A stretch of DNA of 64,000 nt from Dehalococcoidia bacterium (GCA_040902505.1 JBBDXE010000032.1:112399-176398), one strand, 5' to 3'. Shown: positions 26,888 through 38,316, counted from the first letter of the stretch. The notes: generated from the sequence alone by a model not told the origin. Program-made: numbers and translations.

Positions 26888-27243
26888 CAGTCGATGTCCT
26901 CGCCGCACTTCTTGCAGACCCGGTGCTTGCCGTCGTCGCGCAGGACGAAGCCTACGCGCACCGGCTTGGTGCAGCTCTTACAGATGAGCATGACCTTCGA
27001 GAGGGGCATGGGCATCTCCTTCTCGATGATGCCCGCCTGGGCGACGCCGGGCCGCTGCTTGCGGTGGCGTTTCGCCATGTTGATGCCGGTCACGAAGAGC
27101 ACGTCTTCCTTCACCTTGGGGCGCCGGCCTTTGCGCTTGAGCACAGTCCCCTTGCCGCCGAGGATCTGGCGCACGACGCCGGTCTTGCCGCGGTCCTTCC
27201 CGCCGATCACCAGCACGGTGTCCTCGCGCTTGATCTTCCGCAC
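26887..27243 (-). CDS. rplX: 50S ribosomal protein L24 (variant with CxxC...CxxC)
   Basis: (M)[23 protein letters not shown] ... [29 protein letters not shown]. Confidence 0.93.
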   Translation of the reverse strand: MRKIKREDTVLVIGGKDRGKTGVVRQILGGKGTVLKRKGRRPKVKEDVLFVTGINMAKRHRKQRPGVAQAGIIEKEMPMPLSKVMLICKSCTKPVRVGFVLRDDGKHRVCKKCGEDID

Positions 27244-27245
27244 GG

Positions 27246-27614
27246 CTAGACCACCTCCGGTGCCAGCGAGACGATCTTCATGAAGTTACGGTCGCGCAGC
27301 TCGCGGGCCACGGGGCCGAAGATGCGCGTGCCCCTCGGGTTCTGCTTGTCCGAGAGCACAACGGCGGCGTTCTCGTCGAAGCGGATGTATGAGCCGTCGG
27401 GGCGGCCGTAACCCTTGGCCGTGCGCACGACCACCGCCCGCACGACTTCACCCTTCTTCACGCCGGCTCCCGGCTGGGCCGCCTTCACGGAGGCGACGAT
27501 GATGTCGCCAACGCGGGCGTAGCGGCGCCGGGTGCCGCCGAGCACCGTGATGCACATCAGCGAGCGGGCACCGGAGTTGTCCGCGACCTTGAGCCGGGAA
27601 TACTGCTGAATCAT
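27246..27614 (-). CDS. rplN: 50S ribosomal protein L14
   Basis: [27 protein letters not shown]. Confidence 0.96.
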   Translation of the reverse strand: MIQQYSRLKVADNSGARSLMCITVLGGTRRRYARVGDIIVASVKAAQPGAGVKKGEVVRAVVVRTAKGYGRPDGSYIRFDENAAVVLSDKQNPRGTRIFGPVARELRDRNFMKIVSLAPEVV

Positions 27615-28018
27615 CCTTCGTCCTCAGCGTCCTTCGTCTCTTCCGGTGCGTCCGCGGCGGCACGGGCAGCCGCCTCGGCTTCGGCGCGCGCCTGAGACTC
27701 GGCCCGGGCGGCGGCGCGCGTCTCTTCGATCAGGCTGGTGCCGATGTCGCGCGGCGCCACTTCGGCCACGTCGCCGCGGGTGAGGATCTCCACAACGCGC
27801 CAGCGCTTCTCCCGCGAGAGCGGGCGCGTCTCGGAGATGGATACCACGTCGCCGAGGTGGCACTCGTTCTTCTCGTCGTGGACCTTGTAGCGCTGTGTCA
27901 CGCGGGTGCTCTTGCGGTACAGGCGGTGGCGCTTGAAGCGATCGATGCGCACGACGACGGTCTTGTCCATCTTGTCGCCGACCACGACGCCGACCTGCAG
28001 CTTCTCCGTCGAGCCCAT
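27611..28018 (-). CDS. rpsQ: 30S ribosomal protein S17 with Ala/Glu-rich C-terminal tail
   Basis: [31 protein letters not shown]. Tail [34 protein letters not shown]. Confidence 0.93.
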   Translation of the reverse strand: MGSTEKLQVGVVVGDKMDKTVVVRIDRFKRHRLYRKSTRVTQRYKVHDEKNECHLGDVVSISETRPLSREKRWRVVEILTRGDVAEVAPRDIGTSLIEETRAAARAESQARAEAEAAARAAADAPEETKDAEDEG

Positions 28019-28022
28019 GTCG

Positions 28023-28253
28023 CTATCCCTTCTGAGCGTGCGCGGCCAGCTCGCGCTCGCGCTGGATGGTCCGGATGCGGGCGATCTGGCGTTTGACCTT
28101 CGCCCGCTCCGTGGTGTTGGTCTGCTGGCGGGTCGCCAGTTGCAGGCGGACGGTGAACAGCCGCCGGTAGGCGTCCGTCAACTCACCACCCAGCTTCTCG
28201 TCCGAGAGGCTGCGCAGCTCATCCGCGTGCTCCTTCTTCTTCCGGCCCGCCAT
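28023..28253 (-). CDS. rpmC: 50S ribosomal protein L29
   Basis: [43 protein letters not shown]. The ATG overlaps the rplP stop by 1 nt. Confidence 0.9.
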   Translation of the reverse strand: MAGRKKKEHADELRSLSDEKLGGELTDAYRRLFTVRLQLATRQQTNTTERAKVKRQIARIRTIQRERELAAHAQKG

Positions 28254-28672
28254 CAGATTCCCTCGTGCTCCCGCGCGACGGTGCGCGTCTCCAGCGGCAG
28301 CTTGTGGGCCGCCAGTCGCAGCGCTTCGCGCGCCAAGTCTTCCTTCACGCCAGCCACCTCGAACAGCACGCGACCGGGCTTCACAACGGCGACGAAGTGG
28401 TCGGGCGCGCCCTTGCCGCTTCCCATCCGGGTCTCCGCCGGCTTGGCGGTGACCGGCTTGTCCGGGAAGATGCGGATCCAGACCTTGCCGCCACGCTTGA
28501 GTTCGTGCGTGATGGCGCGCCGGGCGGCCTCGATCTGGCGGCTGTCGACCCAAGCGTGACCGACGGCCTGCAGCCCGTATTCACCGAAGTTCACGGTGTT
28601 GCCCGAGTTAGCCTTACCGCGCATGTGGCCGCGGTGCTGCTTGCGAAACTTCTGGCGTTTGGGTTGCAGCAT
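28253..28672 (-). CDS. rplP: 50S ribosomal protein L16
   Basis: [36 protein letters not shown]. Confidence 0.95.
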   Translation of the reverse strand: MLQPKRQKFRKQHRGHMRGKANSGNTVNFGEYGLQAVGHAWVDSRQIEAARRAITHELKRGGKVWIRIFPDKPVTAKPAETRMGSGKGAPDHFVAVVKPGRVLFEVAGVKEDLAREALRLAAHKLPLETRTVAREHEGI

Positions 28673-28676
28673 CGTT

Positions 28677-29537
28677 CTACTCGGTTGCTCCTGCACTGGC
28701 GGGGGCCGGGGCGTCCGGCGCGGCGGGTGCGGCCGCGGGCACGCCGTCCGGCACGACGGGCGCCGTCGCAGGCACCGCGTCCGGCACGGCGGGGGCCGCC
28801 GCAGTCACGGCATCCGGGACGACGGTGGCGGCAGGCACCGCATCAGTCGCGACGGGTGCGGCCGGCGGGGCCGCTTCCGGCGCCGCTTCGACCACCGGCC
28901 GCCGCTTCGGCTCCGGCTGGATATCGCCTTTGTAGATCCAGACCTTCACACCGATGCGGCCGAAGGTGGTGTGGGCCTCGGCGAGGCCGAAGTCGATGTC
29001 GGCGCGGAGGGTGTGGAGCGGGATGCGTCCCTGTTTCTCGGACTCTCGCCGGGACATTTCTGAGCCCCCGAGGCGGCCGGCGACGGTGACTTTGATGCCC
29101 TTGGCGCCGCGCGCCATCGTCCGGGCCACGGTCTGCTTGATCGCCCTCCGGAAGGCGACGCGGCGCTGCAGCTGGTCGGCGATGCTCCGGGCGACGAGGT
29201 AGGCATCCAGCTCGGGCTGGCGGATCTCGTTGATGTTCACACGGACGCGCCGCCCGGTGGTGCGCTCCAGCTCGTTCCGCAGCTCATCGACGTTGGCGCC
29301 GCCGCGCCCGATGACGATGCCCGGCTTGGCGGTGTGGATCGTCACGGTCATGGCGTTGGCGTTCCGGTCGATATCGATGCGGGAGATGCCGGCATCGGGT
29401 GCGGTCTTCATGATCCGCTGGCGGATGGCGATGTCCTCGTGCAGCTGCTGGCGGTAGTTCTTGCCGGCGTACCACTTGCTCTGCCAGTCGTAGATGACGC
29501 CGATGCGGAACCCCGTGGGGTGGACTTTGTGACCCAT
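28677..29537 (-). CDS. rpsC: 30S ribosomal protein S3 with about 65-aa Pro/Ala/Val repeat tail
   Basis: [24 protein letters not shown], followed by KH and S3-C regions and then the repeat tail. Confidence 0.95.
   Translation of the reverse strand: MGHKVHPTGFRIGVIYDWQSKWYAGKNYRQQLHEDIAIRQRIMKTAPDAGISRIDIDRNANAMTVTIHTAKPGIVIGRGGANVDELRNELERTTGRRVRVNINEIRQPELDAYLVARSIADQLQRRVAFRRAIKQTVARTMARGAKGIKVTVAGRLGGSEMSRRESEKQGRIPLHTLRADIDFGLAEAHTTFGRIGVKVWIYKGDIQPEPKRRPVVEAAPEAAPPAAPVATDAVPAATVVPDAVTAAAPAVPDAVPATAPVVPDGVPAAAPAAPDAPAPASAGATE
28700..28870 (-). repeat. degenerate tandem repeat of about 30-33 nt, 4-5 units, inside the rpsC 3' end
   Basis: Peptide units [11 protein letters not shown] / [12 protein letters not shown] / [10 protein letters not shown] / [12 protein letters not shown] / [11 protein letters not shown]. 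The plus-strand DNA shows recurring CACNGCNTCCGGNACGNCGG-like blocks. Confidence 0.6.
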
Positions 29538-29538
29538 T

Positions 29539-29880
29539 TTACCGCTCCTCCGTATCTTCGACGATCACCGTCACGTGACTCGTGCGACGGAGGATCGGGG
29601 CGGCGCGTCCGCGCGCCTTTGCCTTGAAGCGCTTGAGCGTGCGCGCCTCGCCGGCGTAGGCGCGCTTGATGCGCAGCCCGCCGGCGTTCAGCGAGAAGTT
29701 GTTCTCGGCGTTGGCGGCGGCGGACTTCACCACCTTCTCGACGAGGCGGGCGTGTGGGGTCGGCAGGAAGCGGAGCATCATGATGGCGTCGCCCACGCGC
29801 TTGCCCGGCAGCTGGTCGAGGACCAGCCGGACCTTTCGGGCCGACACCGGCAGATACTTCGCGGTTGCGCTGACTTCCAC
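29539..29880 (-). CDS. rplV: 50S ribosomal protein L22
   Basis: (M)EVSATAKYLPVSARKVRLVLDQLPGKRV. Confidence 0.95.
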   Translation of the reverse strand: MEVSATAKYLPVSARKVRLVLDQLPGKRVGDAIMMLRFLPTPHARLVEKVVKSAAANAENNFSLNAGGLRIKRAYAGEARTLKRFKAKARGRAAPILRRTSHVTVIVEDTEER

Positions 29881-29892
29881 CCTGGCTCCTTC

Positions 29893-30189
29893 TTACGTCT
29901 TGCGGGGCGCCGGTGACGACGTCTTCTCGGACTTGCTGCTGTGCCCGCGAAACGTCCGGGTGAGGGCGAACTCGCCCAGCTTGTGGCCGACCATGTTTTC
30001 GGAGACGAAGATCGGCACGTGCCGCCGGCCGTCGTGCACGCCGATGGTCAGACCCACCATCTCGGGCATGATCGTGGAGGCGCGCGACCAGGTACGGATG
30101 ACCGTGCGCGCGTTGCTGCGCTGCACGAGCTGCACCTTCTTCAGCAACTTTGCGTCGATGAACGGCCCCTTCTTGACGGATCTTGACAT
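29893..30189 (-). CDS. rpsS: 30S ribosomal protein S19
   Basis: [19 protein letters not shown] ... [16 protein letters not shown]. Confidence 0.96.
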   Translation of the reverse strand: MSRSVKKGPFIDAKLLKKVQLVQRSNARTVIRTWSRASTIMPEMVGLTIGVHDGRRHVPIFVSENMVGHKLGEFALTRTFRGHSSKSEKTSSPAPRKT

Positions 30190-31014
<825 letters not shown>

Positions 31015-31016
31015 CT

Positions 31017-31313
31017 CTACACGCCCTCGAACAGTTCGATTTTCTCGCCCGGGGCGAGGGTTACGACGGCCTTCTTCCAGTCCGGCTGCTTGGTCTCGCG
31101 CCGGCCGTAGCGACGCATTTTGCCCTTCATCATCATGGTGTTCACGCGGGCGACGCTGACGCTGAACGCCACCTCGACCGCTTCCTTGATTTGCGGCTTG
31201 TTCGCGCGCACATCCACCTCGAACACGTACTTGCCGTGGCTGGAGAGGATCTGCGCCTTCTCGGTGATGATGGGGCGGAGGATGACGCCGTACGCCTGGA
31301 GCTGCTTGGGCAT
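31017..31313 (-). CDS. rplW: 50S ribosomal protein L23
   Basis: [41 protein letters not shown]. Confidence 0.95.
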   Translation of the reverse strand: MPKQLQAYGVILRPIITEKAQILSSHGKYVFEVDVRANKPQIKEAVEVAFSVSVARVNTMMMKGKMRRYGRRETKQPDWKKAVVTLAPGEKIELFEGV

Positions 31314-31315
31314 GG

Positions 31316-31987
31316 TTAGGCCTCCGCCGCCTGCGGCACCAGACGCCTGCGCGCCCGCTCGCCGCCCCAGAGCGCCTCGGCGCCGCGCACGGCCTCGACG
31401 GTCATCACGAGCCCCTGACTGTTCAGCAGGTCCGCGACGTTGAGGTATCCGGCGGGCAGCAGGCTCACCTTCGGCAGGTTGCGCACGCTCGCTTTCACGT
31501 GCGCGTCGGGGGCGCCGGTCACGACGAGGACCGAGCGCTCGAAGCCGAGCGCCTTGAGCACGCCGGCCATGGTCTTCGTGCTCGGCGCGGCTACGGGCAA
31601 CCCGCTGACGATGCGCAGCGAGCCGTCGGCGGCCTTCGCCGAGAGCAGCGATCGGATGGCCAGCCGTCGCATGCGCTTGGGCAGCGCCTTGTCGTAGCTC
31701 CGGGGGCGCGGCCCGAAGGCGATGCCGCCGTGCCGGTGGTGCGGCGCGCGGATGGAGCCCTGGCGCGAGCGGCCGGTGCCCTTCTGGGCCCGGATCTTCA
31801 CCGTCGAGCCGCGCACTTCGCTGCGGGTCTTGGTGGTGGCTGTCCCGGCACGCCTGTTCGCCATGGAGGCCACGAACGCCTGGTGGACGACGGCGCGATT
31901 CGGCTCGATGCCGAAGACAGCGTCATCCACGTCGATGGCCTCGATTTCCTTGCCCGCCGCGTCGTAGACGTTCAGCCGCATGGTCAC
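31316..31987 (-). CDS. rplD: 50S ribosomal protein L4
   Basis: [34 protein letters not shown] ... [23 protein letters not shown] at 31987 overlaps the rplC stop; ATG at 31981 is an alternative. Confidence 0.94.
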   Translation of the reverse strand: MTMRLNVYDAAGKEIEAIDVDDAVFGIEPNRAVVHQAFVASMANRRAGTATTKTRSEVRGSTVKIRAQKGTGRSRQGSIRAPHHRHGGIAFGPRPRSYDKALPKRMRRLAIRSLLSAKAADGSLRIVSGLPVAAPSTKTMAGVLKALGFERSVLVVTGAPDAHVKASVRNLPKVSLLPAGYLNVADLLNSQGLVMTVEAVRGAEALWGGERARRRLVPQAAEA

Positions 31988-32616
31988 TTCTTGTCCTGTC
32001 GCTTCGCCTTGCGCACGCGGACGATGCCGTTGGTGGCACCCGGGAGCGCGCCGCCGATGAGCAGCAGCCCCTTCGCCTCGTCCGTCCGCACGACGCGGAG
32101 GTTGCGCACGGTGACGCGCTCGGCGCCCATGTGGGTCGCCATCTTCAGTCCCTTGTACACGCGTCCGGGCGTGGTGCCGGAGCCGATGGACCCCGGCGCG
32201 CGGTGCCGGTCCGACTGGCCGTGCGTCTTCGGGCCGCCGGCGAACCCCCAGCGGCGTACGCCGCCGGCGAAGCCGCGCCCGCGGGAGACGCCGGTGACGT
32301 CCACGATGTCGCCAGCCTCGAACAGCTCGACGCCCACGCGGTCGCCGAGGGTGTAGGCGTCATCGCCGGTGGCGCGAAATTCGCGCAGCAGGCGGAAGTC
32401 TCCGAGCTTCTTGAGGTGCCCGCGCATAGGCTTGTTCAGGCGCTTGCGCTGGCCGAAGCCCACCTGCACGGCGGCGTAGCCGTCCTTCTCGGGAGACTTC
32501 AACTGGGTAACGACGACCGGGCCGGCCTCGACGACGGTGACGGCGAGCGACCGGCCTTCGTCGTCGAAGACCTGCGTCATGCCCAGCTTGCGTCCCAGGA
32601 GTCCTTCGATCGGCAT
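31984..32616 (-). CDS. rplC: 50S ribosomal protein L3
   Basis: MPIEGLLGRKLGMTQVFDDEGRSLAVTVVEAGP. Confidence 0.96.
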   Translation of the reverse strand: MPIEGLLGRKLGMTQVFDDEGRSLAVTVVEAGPVVVTQLKSPEKDGYAAVQVGFGQRKRLNKPMRGHLKKLGDFRLLREFRATGDDAYTLGDRVGVELFEAGDIVDVTGVSRGRGFAGGVRRWGFAGGPKTHGQSDRHRAPGSIGSGTTPGRVYKGLKMATHMGAERVTVRNLRVVRTDEAKGLLLIGGALPGATNGIVRVRKAKRQDKK

Positions 32617-32624
32617 CTCGTCCT

Positions 32625-32936
32625 CTACAACTTGATCTCGATGTCCACGCCGGACGGCAGTTGCAGCCGCATGAGCGTGTCCACGGTCTTCGACGTCGGC
32701 TCCAGGATGTCGATCAGGCGCTTGTGCGTGCGCACCTCGAACTGTTCCTGCGAGTCCTTGTGCACGAACGGCGAGCGGACGACGCAGAACTTCTTGATCT
32801 CGGTCGGGAGGGGCACGGGACCGGCGACGGCGGCACCGGTGCGCTCCGCCGCCTCGACGATCTGCTCGGCCGACTGGTCAAGGATGCGGTGGTCGTAAGC
32901 CTTCAGCCGGATCCGGATCTTCTGCTTCGTCGCCAT
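32625..32936 (-). CDS. rpsJ: 30S ribosomal protein S10
   Basis: [35 protein letters not shown]. Confidence 0.96.
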   Translation of the reverse strand: MATKQKIRIRLKAYDHRILDQSAEQIVEAAERTGAAVAGPVPLPTEIKKFCVVRSPFVHKDSQEQFEVRTHKRLIDILEPTSKTVDTLMRLQLPSGVDIEIKL

Positions 32937-32983
32937 GCTGTCGCCTTCTCGCCGCCACACGGACGGCTAGCGCTTACGCGCCG

Positions 32984-35077
32984 CTACACGCCCGCGCGCA
33001 CTGCCTTCTTCGTCCTTGTCCCTAAGATTTCGTCAACCAGAAAAGGAGGGACCTCCGCATAGTGGTCGAACTCCATACTGTAACTCGCACGGCCTTTGGT
33101 GAGCGAGCGCAGCTCCGTGGCGTAGCCAAAGGTCCTCGACAGAGGGACGATAGCGCGGATGACCTTCAGAGTGCCGCGCTGGTCCTGGTCGGTGATCTGT
33201 CCGCGCCGGGCGCTGAGGTCGCCCAGCACGTCGCCGTAGTACTCCTCGGGTGTGTTGATCTCCACGCGCATGACGGGCTCCAGCAAGACCGGGTTGGCGC
33301 GTTCCATCGCATGCTGGAACGCCATCGATCCAGCCGTCCGGAAGGCCATCTCCGACGAGTCGACGGGGTGGTAGTCACCGCCGGTGACGGCCACACGCAC
33401 ATCGATGACCGGATAGCCGGCGACGACGCCGCTTTCGAGCGCGGCGCGCACGCCCTGCTCGATGGCGGGGATGTACTCGCGCGGCACCTCGCCGCCGACG
33501 ACGGCGTTCTTGAACTCGAAGCCGGTCCCGCGTTCGAGCGGCTCCAGCTCGAGGCGCGCGACGGCGAACTGGCCGCGTCCGCCGGTCTGTCGCACGAGGC
33601 GGCCCTCGGCCCTGGCGGACGACTTGATGGTCTCCTTGTACGCGACCTCGGGCTCGCCGACGTTCGACTCGACGCGAAACTCGCGGCGCATGCGGTCGAC
33701 GATCACTTCCAGATGGAGCTCGCCCATGCCGGAGATGATGGTCTGCCCGGTCTCCTGGTCGTACTTCATGCGGAAGCTGGGGTCTTCCTCGGCAAGCTTC
33801 GCCAGCGCTTCGCCCATGCGATCCTGGTCTTCCTTGGTGCGAGGCTCGACGGCGATGTGGATCACGGGCTCGGGGAAGCTGATCGATTCGAGGATGATGG
33901 GGTGGGCGGGGTCGCAGAGGGTGTCGCCGGTGGTGGTGACCTTGAGGCCCATGGCGGCGATGCCGCCGGCGCCGACCTCCGGTACGTCCTCGCGGTGGTT
34001 CGCGTGCATCTGCATGACGCGGCTCACGCGCTCGGTCTTCTCGCGGGTCGAGTTGTAGACGCTCGATCCGGCGGCGAGCTTGCCGGAGTAGACGCGGAAG
34101 TACACCAGCCGTCCCAGGTGGGGGTCGCTGACGATCTTGAACGCGAGCGCGGAGAATGGCTCCTCATCGGAGGGGAGGCGGGTGATGGCCTCGCCGGTCT
34201 TGGGGTGGGTGCCAACCATCGGCGGCACGTCGTCCGGTGAAGGCAGGTATTCCACGACCGCATCGAGCAGCAGGCGCACGCCCTTGTTGCGCAGAGCGCT
34301 GCCGCAGAGGACGGGGGTGCCCTGGTTCGCGAGGGTGACGCGACGGAGCGCGGCGATCACCTCATGCGCGGAGATCTGATGACCCTCGAGCAGGCTGAGG
34401 CCCATCTGGTCGTCGGTGTCGCCGATGGAGTAGAGCATCTTCTCGCGCCACTCGCCGGCCTGGGCGCGGTAGTTCTCCGGGATCTCGATCTGGGCCGGGG
34501 GGTCGTCGCGCTCGCCGGTGAAGACCCAGGCGCGCATCTCGATCAGGTCGATCACGCCCTGGAAGTCCGCTTCGGCGCCGAGGGGGATCTGGATGGGGAT
34601 GGGCTTCGCGCCGAGCCGCTCGACGATCATGTCGAGGGTGCGCCAGAAGTCGGCGCCCATGCGGTCCATCTTGTTCACGAAGCAGATGCGGGGGACGCTG
34701 TAGCGGTCCGCCTGGCGCCATACCGTCTCGGACTGCGGCTCCACGCCGGCTACGGCATCGAAGACGACGACGCCGCCGTCGAGCACGCGGAGGCTGCGCT
34801 CGACCTCGATGGTGAAGTCGACGTGCCCGGGGGTATCGATGATGTTGACCTGATGATCCTGCCACTCGGCGGTGGTGGCGGCGGCGGTGATGGTGATCCC
34901 GCGCTCGCGCTCCTGGTCCATCCAGTCCATCACCGCGGTGCCCTCGTGCACCTCACCGATCTTGTAGGTGCGGCCGGTGTAGTACAGGATGCGTTCGGTC
35001 ACGGTCGTCTTGCCGGCATCGATGTGAGCGATGATGCCGATATTGCGGATCCGTTCGATTGGTATTGTTCTGTCCAT
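32984..35077 (-). CDS. fusA: elongation factor G
   Basis: [39 protein letters not shown]. Confidence 0.97.
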   Translation of the reverse strand: MDRTIPIERIRNIGIIAHIDAGKTTVTERILYYTGRTYKIGEVHEGTAVMDWMDQERERGITITAAATTAEWQDHQVNIIDTPGHVDFTIEVERSLRVLDGGVVVFDAVAGVEPQSETVWRQADRYSVPRICFVNKMDRMGADFWRTLDMIVERLGAKPIPIQIPLGAEADFQGVIDLIEMRAWVFTGERDDPPAQIEIPENYRAQAGEWREKMLYSIGDTDDQMGLSLLEGHQISAHEVIAALRRVTLANQGTPVLCGSALRNKGVRLLLDAVVEYLPSPDDVPPMVGTHPKTGEAITRLPSDEEPFSALAFKIVSDPHLGRLVYFRVYSGKLAAGSSVYNSTREKTERVSRVMQMHANHREDVPEVGAGGIAAMGLKVTTTGDTLCDPAHPIILESISFPEPVIHIAVEPRTKEDQDRMGEALAKLAEEDPSFRMKYDQETGQTIISGMGELHLEVIVDRMRREFRVESNVGEPEVAYKETIKSSARAEGRLVRQTGGRGQFAVARLELEPLERGTGFEFKNAVVGGEVPREYIPAIEQGVRAALESGVVAGYPVIDVRVAVTGGDYHPVDSSEMAFRTAGSMAFQHAMERANPVLLEPVMRVEINTPEEYYGDVLGDLSARRGQITDQDQRGTLKVIRAIVPLSRTFGYATELRSLTKGRASYSMEFDHYAEVPPFLVDEILGTRTKKAVRAGV

Positions 35078-35216
35078 CTTGCCGTGTGTTCCGTCCGCTT
35101 TGCCGTTCTGCCGGCGCCCGAATCGCGTTCCCGCGGCGGCGTTGGCGGCAAAGTTCGCCGCCGGTGAGCTTGCGCATCGCCGGCGGCGGGGCCGCCCGAA
35201 AGCGGAGCGGTATCGG

Positions 35217-35687
35217 TTACCACCGATAGTGAACGAAGGCGCGGTTCGCCTCCGCCATGCGGTGGGTGTCCTCCTTCCGCTTGATGGTGGCGCCTTGCCC
35301 GGAGGCGGCGTCCATGAACTCCTGCGCGAGCCGGTCTGCCATCGAGCGGCCAGCCCGGGAGCGAGCCGACCGCAGCAGCCACCGGATGGCGAGCGCCATG
35401 CGGCGTTCCGCGCGGATATCGACCGGCACCTGGTAGGTGGCTCCGCCGACGCGGCGGGGCTTGACCTCGATCATGGGCGTGGCGTTGCGCACCGCTACGT
35501 CGAAGGTGTCGATGGCGCTTTTGTGCGTCTGCGCCTCGACGCGCTCGAGAGCGTCGTACATGATCCGTTCGGCGGTGCTCTTCTTGCCCCGCTCCATGAT
35601 CTTGTTGATAAACATGGTCACCGTCCGGCTGCTGTAGCGGCTGTCGGGCAGGACTTCGCGCTTGGCGATCTTGGCGCGTCGCGGCAT
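35217..35687 (-). CDS. rpsG: 30S ribosomal protein S7
   Basis: [37 protein letters not shown] ... AFVHYRW. Confidence 0.96.
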   Translation of the reverse strand: MPRRAKIAKREVLPDSRYSSRTVTMFINKIMERGKKSTAERIMYDALERVEAQTHKSAIDTFDVAVRNATPMIEVKPRRVGGATYQVPVDIRAERRMALAIRWLLRSARSRAGRSMADRLAQEFMDAASGQGATIKRKEDTHRMAEANRAFVHYRW

Positions 35688-35688
35688 G

Positions 35689-36105
35689 CTATGCCTTTGC
35701 CTTTCTGGTCCCGTACTTGCTGCGTCCGCGCCTACGGCTGGCCACACCCTGTGCATCGAGCGCGCCGCGGACGATGTGGTAGCGCACGCCCGGCAGGTCT
35801 TTCACGCGGCCGCCGCGGATGAGCACCACCGAGTGCTCCTGCAGCGAGTGCCCTTCGCCGGGGATGTACGCCGTGACCTCGATGCCGTTCGTCAGGCGCA
35901 CGCGGGCGATCTTGCGCAGCGCGGAGTTCGGCTTCTTCGGGGTCATCGTGCGCACCTGTGTGCAGACGCCGCGCTTCTGGGGCGAGCCCTTCCCGCGCTG
36001 CGTGCGGTTCTTCAGCGAGTTGAAGGTGAAGCGCAGGGCAGGCGCCTTGGTCTTCTTCACGATCTTCTTGCGGCCCTTGCGCACGAGCTGATTAATCGTC
36101 GGCAC
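35689..36105 (-). CDS. rpsL: 30S ribosomal protein S12
   Basis: GTG start after AAGGAAG gives (M)[13 protein letters not shown] ... [10 protein letters not shown]. Confidence 0.95.
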   Translation of the reverse strand: MPTINQLVRKGRKKIVKKTKAPALRFTFNSLKNRTQRGKGSPQKRGVCTQVRTMTPKKPNSALRKIARVRLTNGIEVTAYIPGEGHSLQEHSVVLIRGGRVKDLPGVRYHIVRGALDAQGVASRRRGRSKYGTRKAKA

Positions 36106-36321
36106 GCGCTTCCTTCTTCCTCTTCTCGCGCCTGAGTCGCGGTGGCTCAAAGACACGCGAAAGGCCGGCAGCCTTATTCCTGAGCCAGTCCGGCGTAACC
36201 GTCCCCGCCACCCTGAAGGGCGGCCAGACGGCCACTCTTGCCGGCCGTTGTCACTTTGGGGTCTTCCGACCTGTGTGTGCAGCTGGCCGTGCATCCGCCG
36301 GCGCGGCGGAAACACCGCGGC

Positions 36322-36351
36322 ATCCTAGCAGCGGCCCGATCGGAGTGTCAA
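36322..36351 (-). promoter_or_regulatory. candidate strong promoter of the rpsL-led supercluster
   Basis: Minus strand reads TTGACA (36351-36346), 18-nt spacer, TAGGAT (36327-36322), with an A/T-rich ATTCGATTTTGC stretch just upstream. This implies a leader of about 210 nt before rpsL. Confidence 0.5.
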
Positions 36352-36525
36352 GCAAAATCGAATCTGGGATCGCCCTGTGCGGCGCCTCCCGATCGACCTA
36401 TGTCTTTGCCTCGTACCGATGACTCCCGGCAGCGCGTTGCATGATGACGGCCAGGGCGACGACCGGGCGCACCGGGCCGACCGGGGGTTGACAACGCGCG
36501 CGGCGGTCACCTACCCTTCGCTGAT

Positions 36526-36539
36526 AGAACAAGAGTTCC
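36526..36539 (+). promoter_or_regulatory. LexA (SOS) box upstream of lexA
   Basis: AGAACAAGAGTTCC contains GAAC-N4-GTTC, 53 nt upstream of the lexA ATG. It overlaps a TTCCGA-17-TATGAT promoter-like pair and lies downstream of TTGACA at 36488. Confidence 0.65.
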
Positions 36540-36591
36540 GAACGGACGAGTGCCGGATTATGATCACCGGTGCAAAGGAGACGGGCAGCGC

Positions 36592-37224
36592 ATGAAGGGT
36601 CTCTCTGACAAACAGCAGGGCATCATGCAGTTCATCCGGAGCTTCATCGACGAGCACGATTATCCGCCGAGCATCCGCGATATCCAGCTCGGCTGCCAGA
36701 TCAGCTCGACGTCCGTCGTCGACTACAACCTGAAGGCTCTCGAGCGGCTGGGTTACATCCGGCGCGACCGCGAGGTCTCGCGCGCCATCGAGCTGGTGGG
36801 GGCGCGGCGGCAGCGCACGGTGCCTATCCCCATCATCGGGACAATTGCCGCGGGGCAGCCGATCCCGGTGCCCACGGCCGACACGTGGCAATCGGCGTCC
36901 GAGGACGTCTTCGAGGCGACGGACGAGCTGACGAAGGGCCGCGAGCACGTCTTCGCCCTCAAGGTGCGCGGGACGTCGATGATCGATGCGCTGGTGAACG
37001 ACGGCGACCTGGTGATCCTCGAGGCAACGAAGACCGCCGACGACGGGGACATGGTGGCGGCGTGGCTGAAGCGCGAGAACGAGGCCACGCTGAAGAAGTT
37101 CTACCGGGAGGGCAACCGCGTGCGCCTGCAGCCGGCGAACAGCACCATGAAGCCAATCTACACCGAGGCGGACAACGTGGAGATCCAGGGCCGCGTCCTG
37201 GCGACCATCGGCCGCCGCGACTGA
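36592..37224 (+). CDS. lexA: LexA repressor
   Basis: MKGLSDKQQGIMQFIRSFIDEHDYPPSIRDIQ winged-helix N-terminus. Cleavage region IIGTIAAGQP. S24 peptidase motifs VRGTSM (Ser) and ATLKKF (Lys). Confidence 0.93.
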   Translation: MKGLSDKQQGIMQFIRSFIDEHDYPPSIRDIQLGCQISSTSVVDYNLKALERLGYIRRDREVSRAIELVGARRQRTVPIPIIGTIAAGQPIPVPTADTWQSASEDVFEATDELTKGREHVFALKVRGTSMIDALVNDGDLVILEATKTADDGDMVAAWLKRENEATLKKFYREGNRVRLQPANSTMKPIYTEADNVEIQGRVLATIGRRD

Positions 37225-37317
37225 TCCGTCCGGTCTCACGTCACTCCTCAGGCTCCCCGGCAACGGCGCTGTCCGTATACTGCCGGGGTATCCAGCGCCT
37301 ACTTCCGGGACGCTCCC

Positions 37318-38316
37318 ATGGGCGAACTCCTCCGCATCGACAACCTAAGCGTGTCGTATCGCGACCGTGACCGCGTGGTCCGGGCGATCGACGGGGTGAG
37401 CCTCACGCTCCGCGAAGGTTCGACGCTCGCGCTCGTAGGCGAGAGCGGGTGCGGCAAAACGACGCTCGCGATGGCCATCCTGAACCTGGTGGTCCAGCCG
37501 GGGCGTGTGGAATCAGGCCGGATCGAGTACGACGGCCGCGACCTCCTGCAACTCAAGGGGGACGACGTCCGCCGCGTGCGGGGGAACGAGATCGCGATGA
37601 TCTTCCAGGACCCCCTTAGCGGGCTCAACCCTGTGCTCTCGATCGGGACTCAAGTCGAGGAGATCGTGCGGGCCCACCGCGACGTCTCCAAGCGCGAGTC
37701 GCGCCGCATGGCGGTGGAGGCGCTGACCGCCGAGGGGCTGCCGCAGGCCGAGCGCATCTTCGAGTCGTACCCGTTCCAGCTCTCCGGCGGCATGTGTCAG
37801 CGGGTGATGATCGCCATCGCGACGATCCTCCGGCCGCGCATCATCATCGCCGACGAGCCCACATCGGCCCTGGACGTGACGGTGCAGGCCTCCGTGTTGC
37901 ACCGGCTCGGGCGGCTGAAGACCGAGCTGGGCGCTTCGATCCTGTTGATTACGCACGACCTCGGCGTCGTCGCCCGCATGGCCGACGACGTTGCGGTGAT
38001 GTATGCCGGGCGGATCGTCGAGAGTGGGGCGGCCGGGGCCGTCTTCGCGCGCACGTATCACCCCTACACGGCCGGCCTGCTGGCGGCGCTCCCTCGCCAC
38101 GATGCGGTGACGCACCAGCTGCAGCCGATCCGGGGCGTGCCGCCGGATCTGGCCGAACTCACGGGCGAATGCGCATTTCTTGCCCGATGCCCGAAGGCGA
38201 TCAGCCGCTGCCGCACGGAACCCTGGCCCGCGCTCGATGCCCTCGAGGGGAGCCATGCCGTGGCGTGCTACAACCCGGTCTATCAGCCGGAGCGTGAGGC
38301 GGCCGAGCGCGTGTAG
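37318..38316 (+). CDS. ABC transporter ATP-binding protein, oligopeptide/dipeptide (OppD/DppD) type
   Basis: Walker A GESGCGKTT, signature LSGGMCQRV, Walker B IIIADEPTSALD, and a C-terminal HPYT/oligopeptide-type extension with Cys residues. Confidence 0.85.
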   Translation: MGELLRIDNLSVSYRDRDRVVRAIDGVSLTLREGSTLALVGESGCGKTTLAMAILNLVVQPGRVESGRIEYDGRDLLQLKGDDVRRVRGNEIAMIFQDPLSGLNPVLSIGTQVEEIVRAHRDVSKRESRRMAVEALTAEGLPQAERIFESYPFQLSGGMCQRVMIAIATILRPRIIIADEPTSALDVTVQASVLHRLGRLKTELGASILLITHDLGVVARMADDVAVMYAGRIVESGAAGAVFARTYHPYTAGLLAALPRHDAVTHQLQPIRGVPPDLAELTGECAFLARCPKAISRCRTEPWPALDALEGSHAVACYNPVYQPEREAAERV

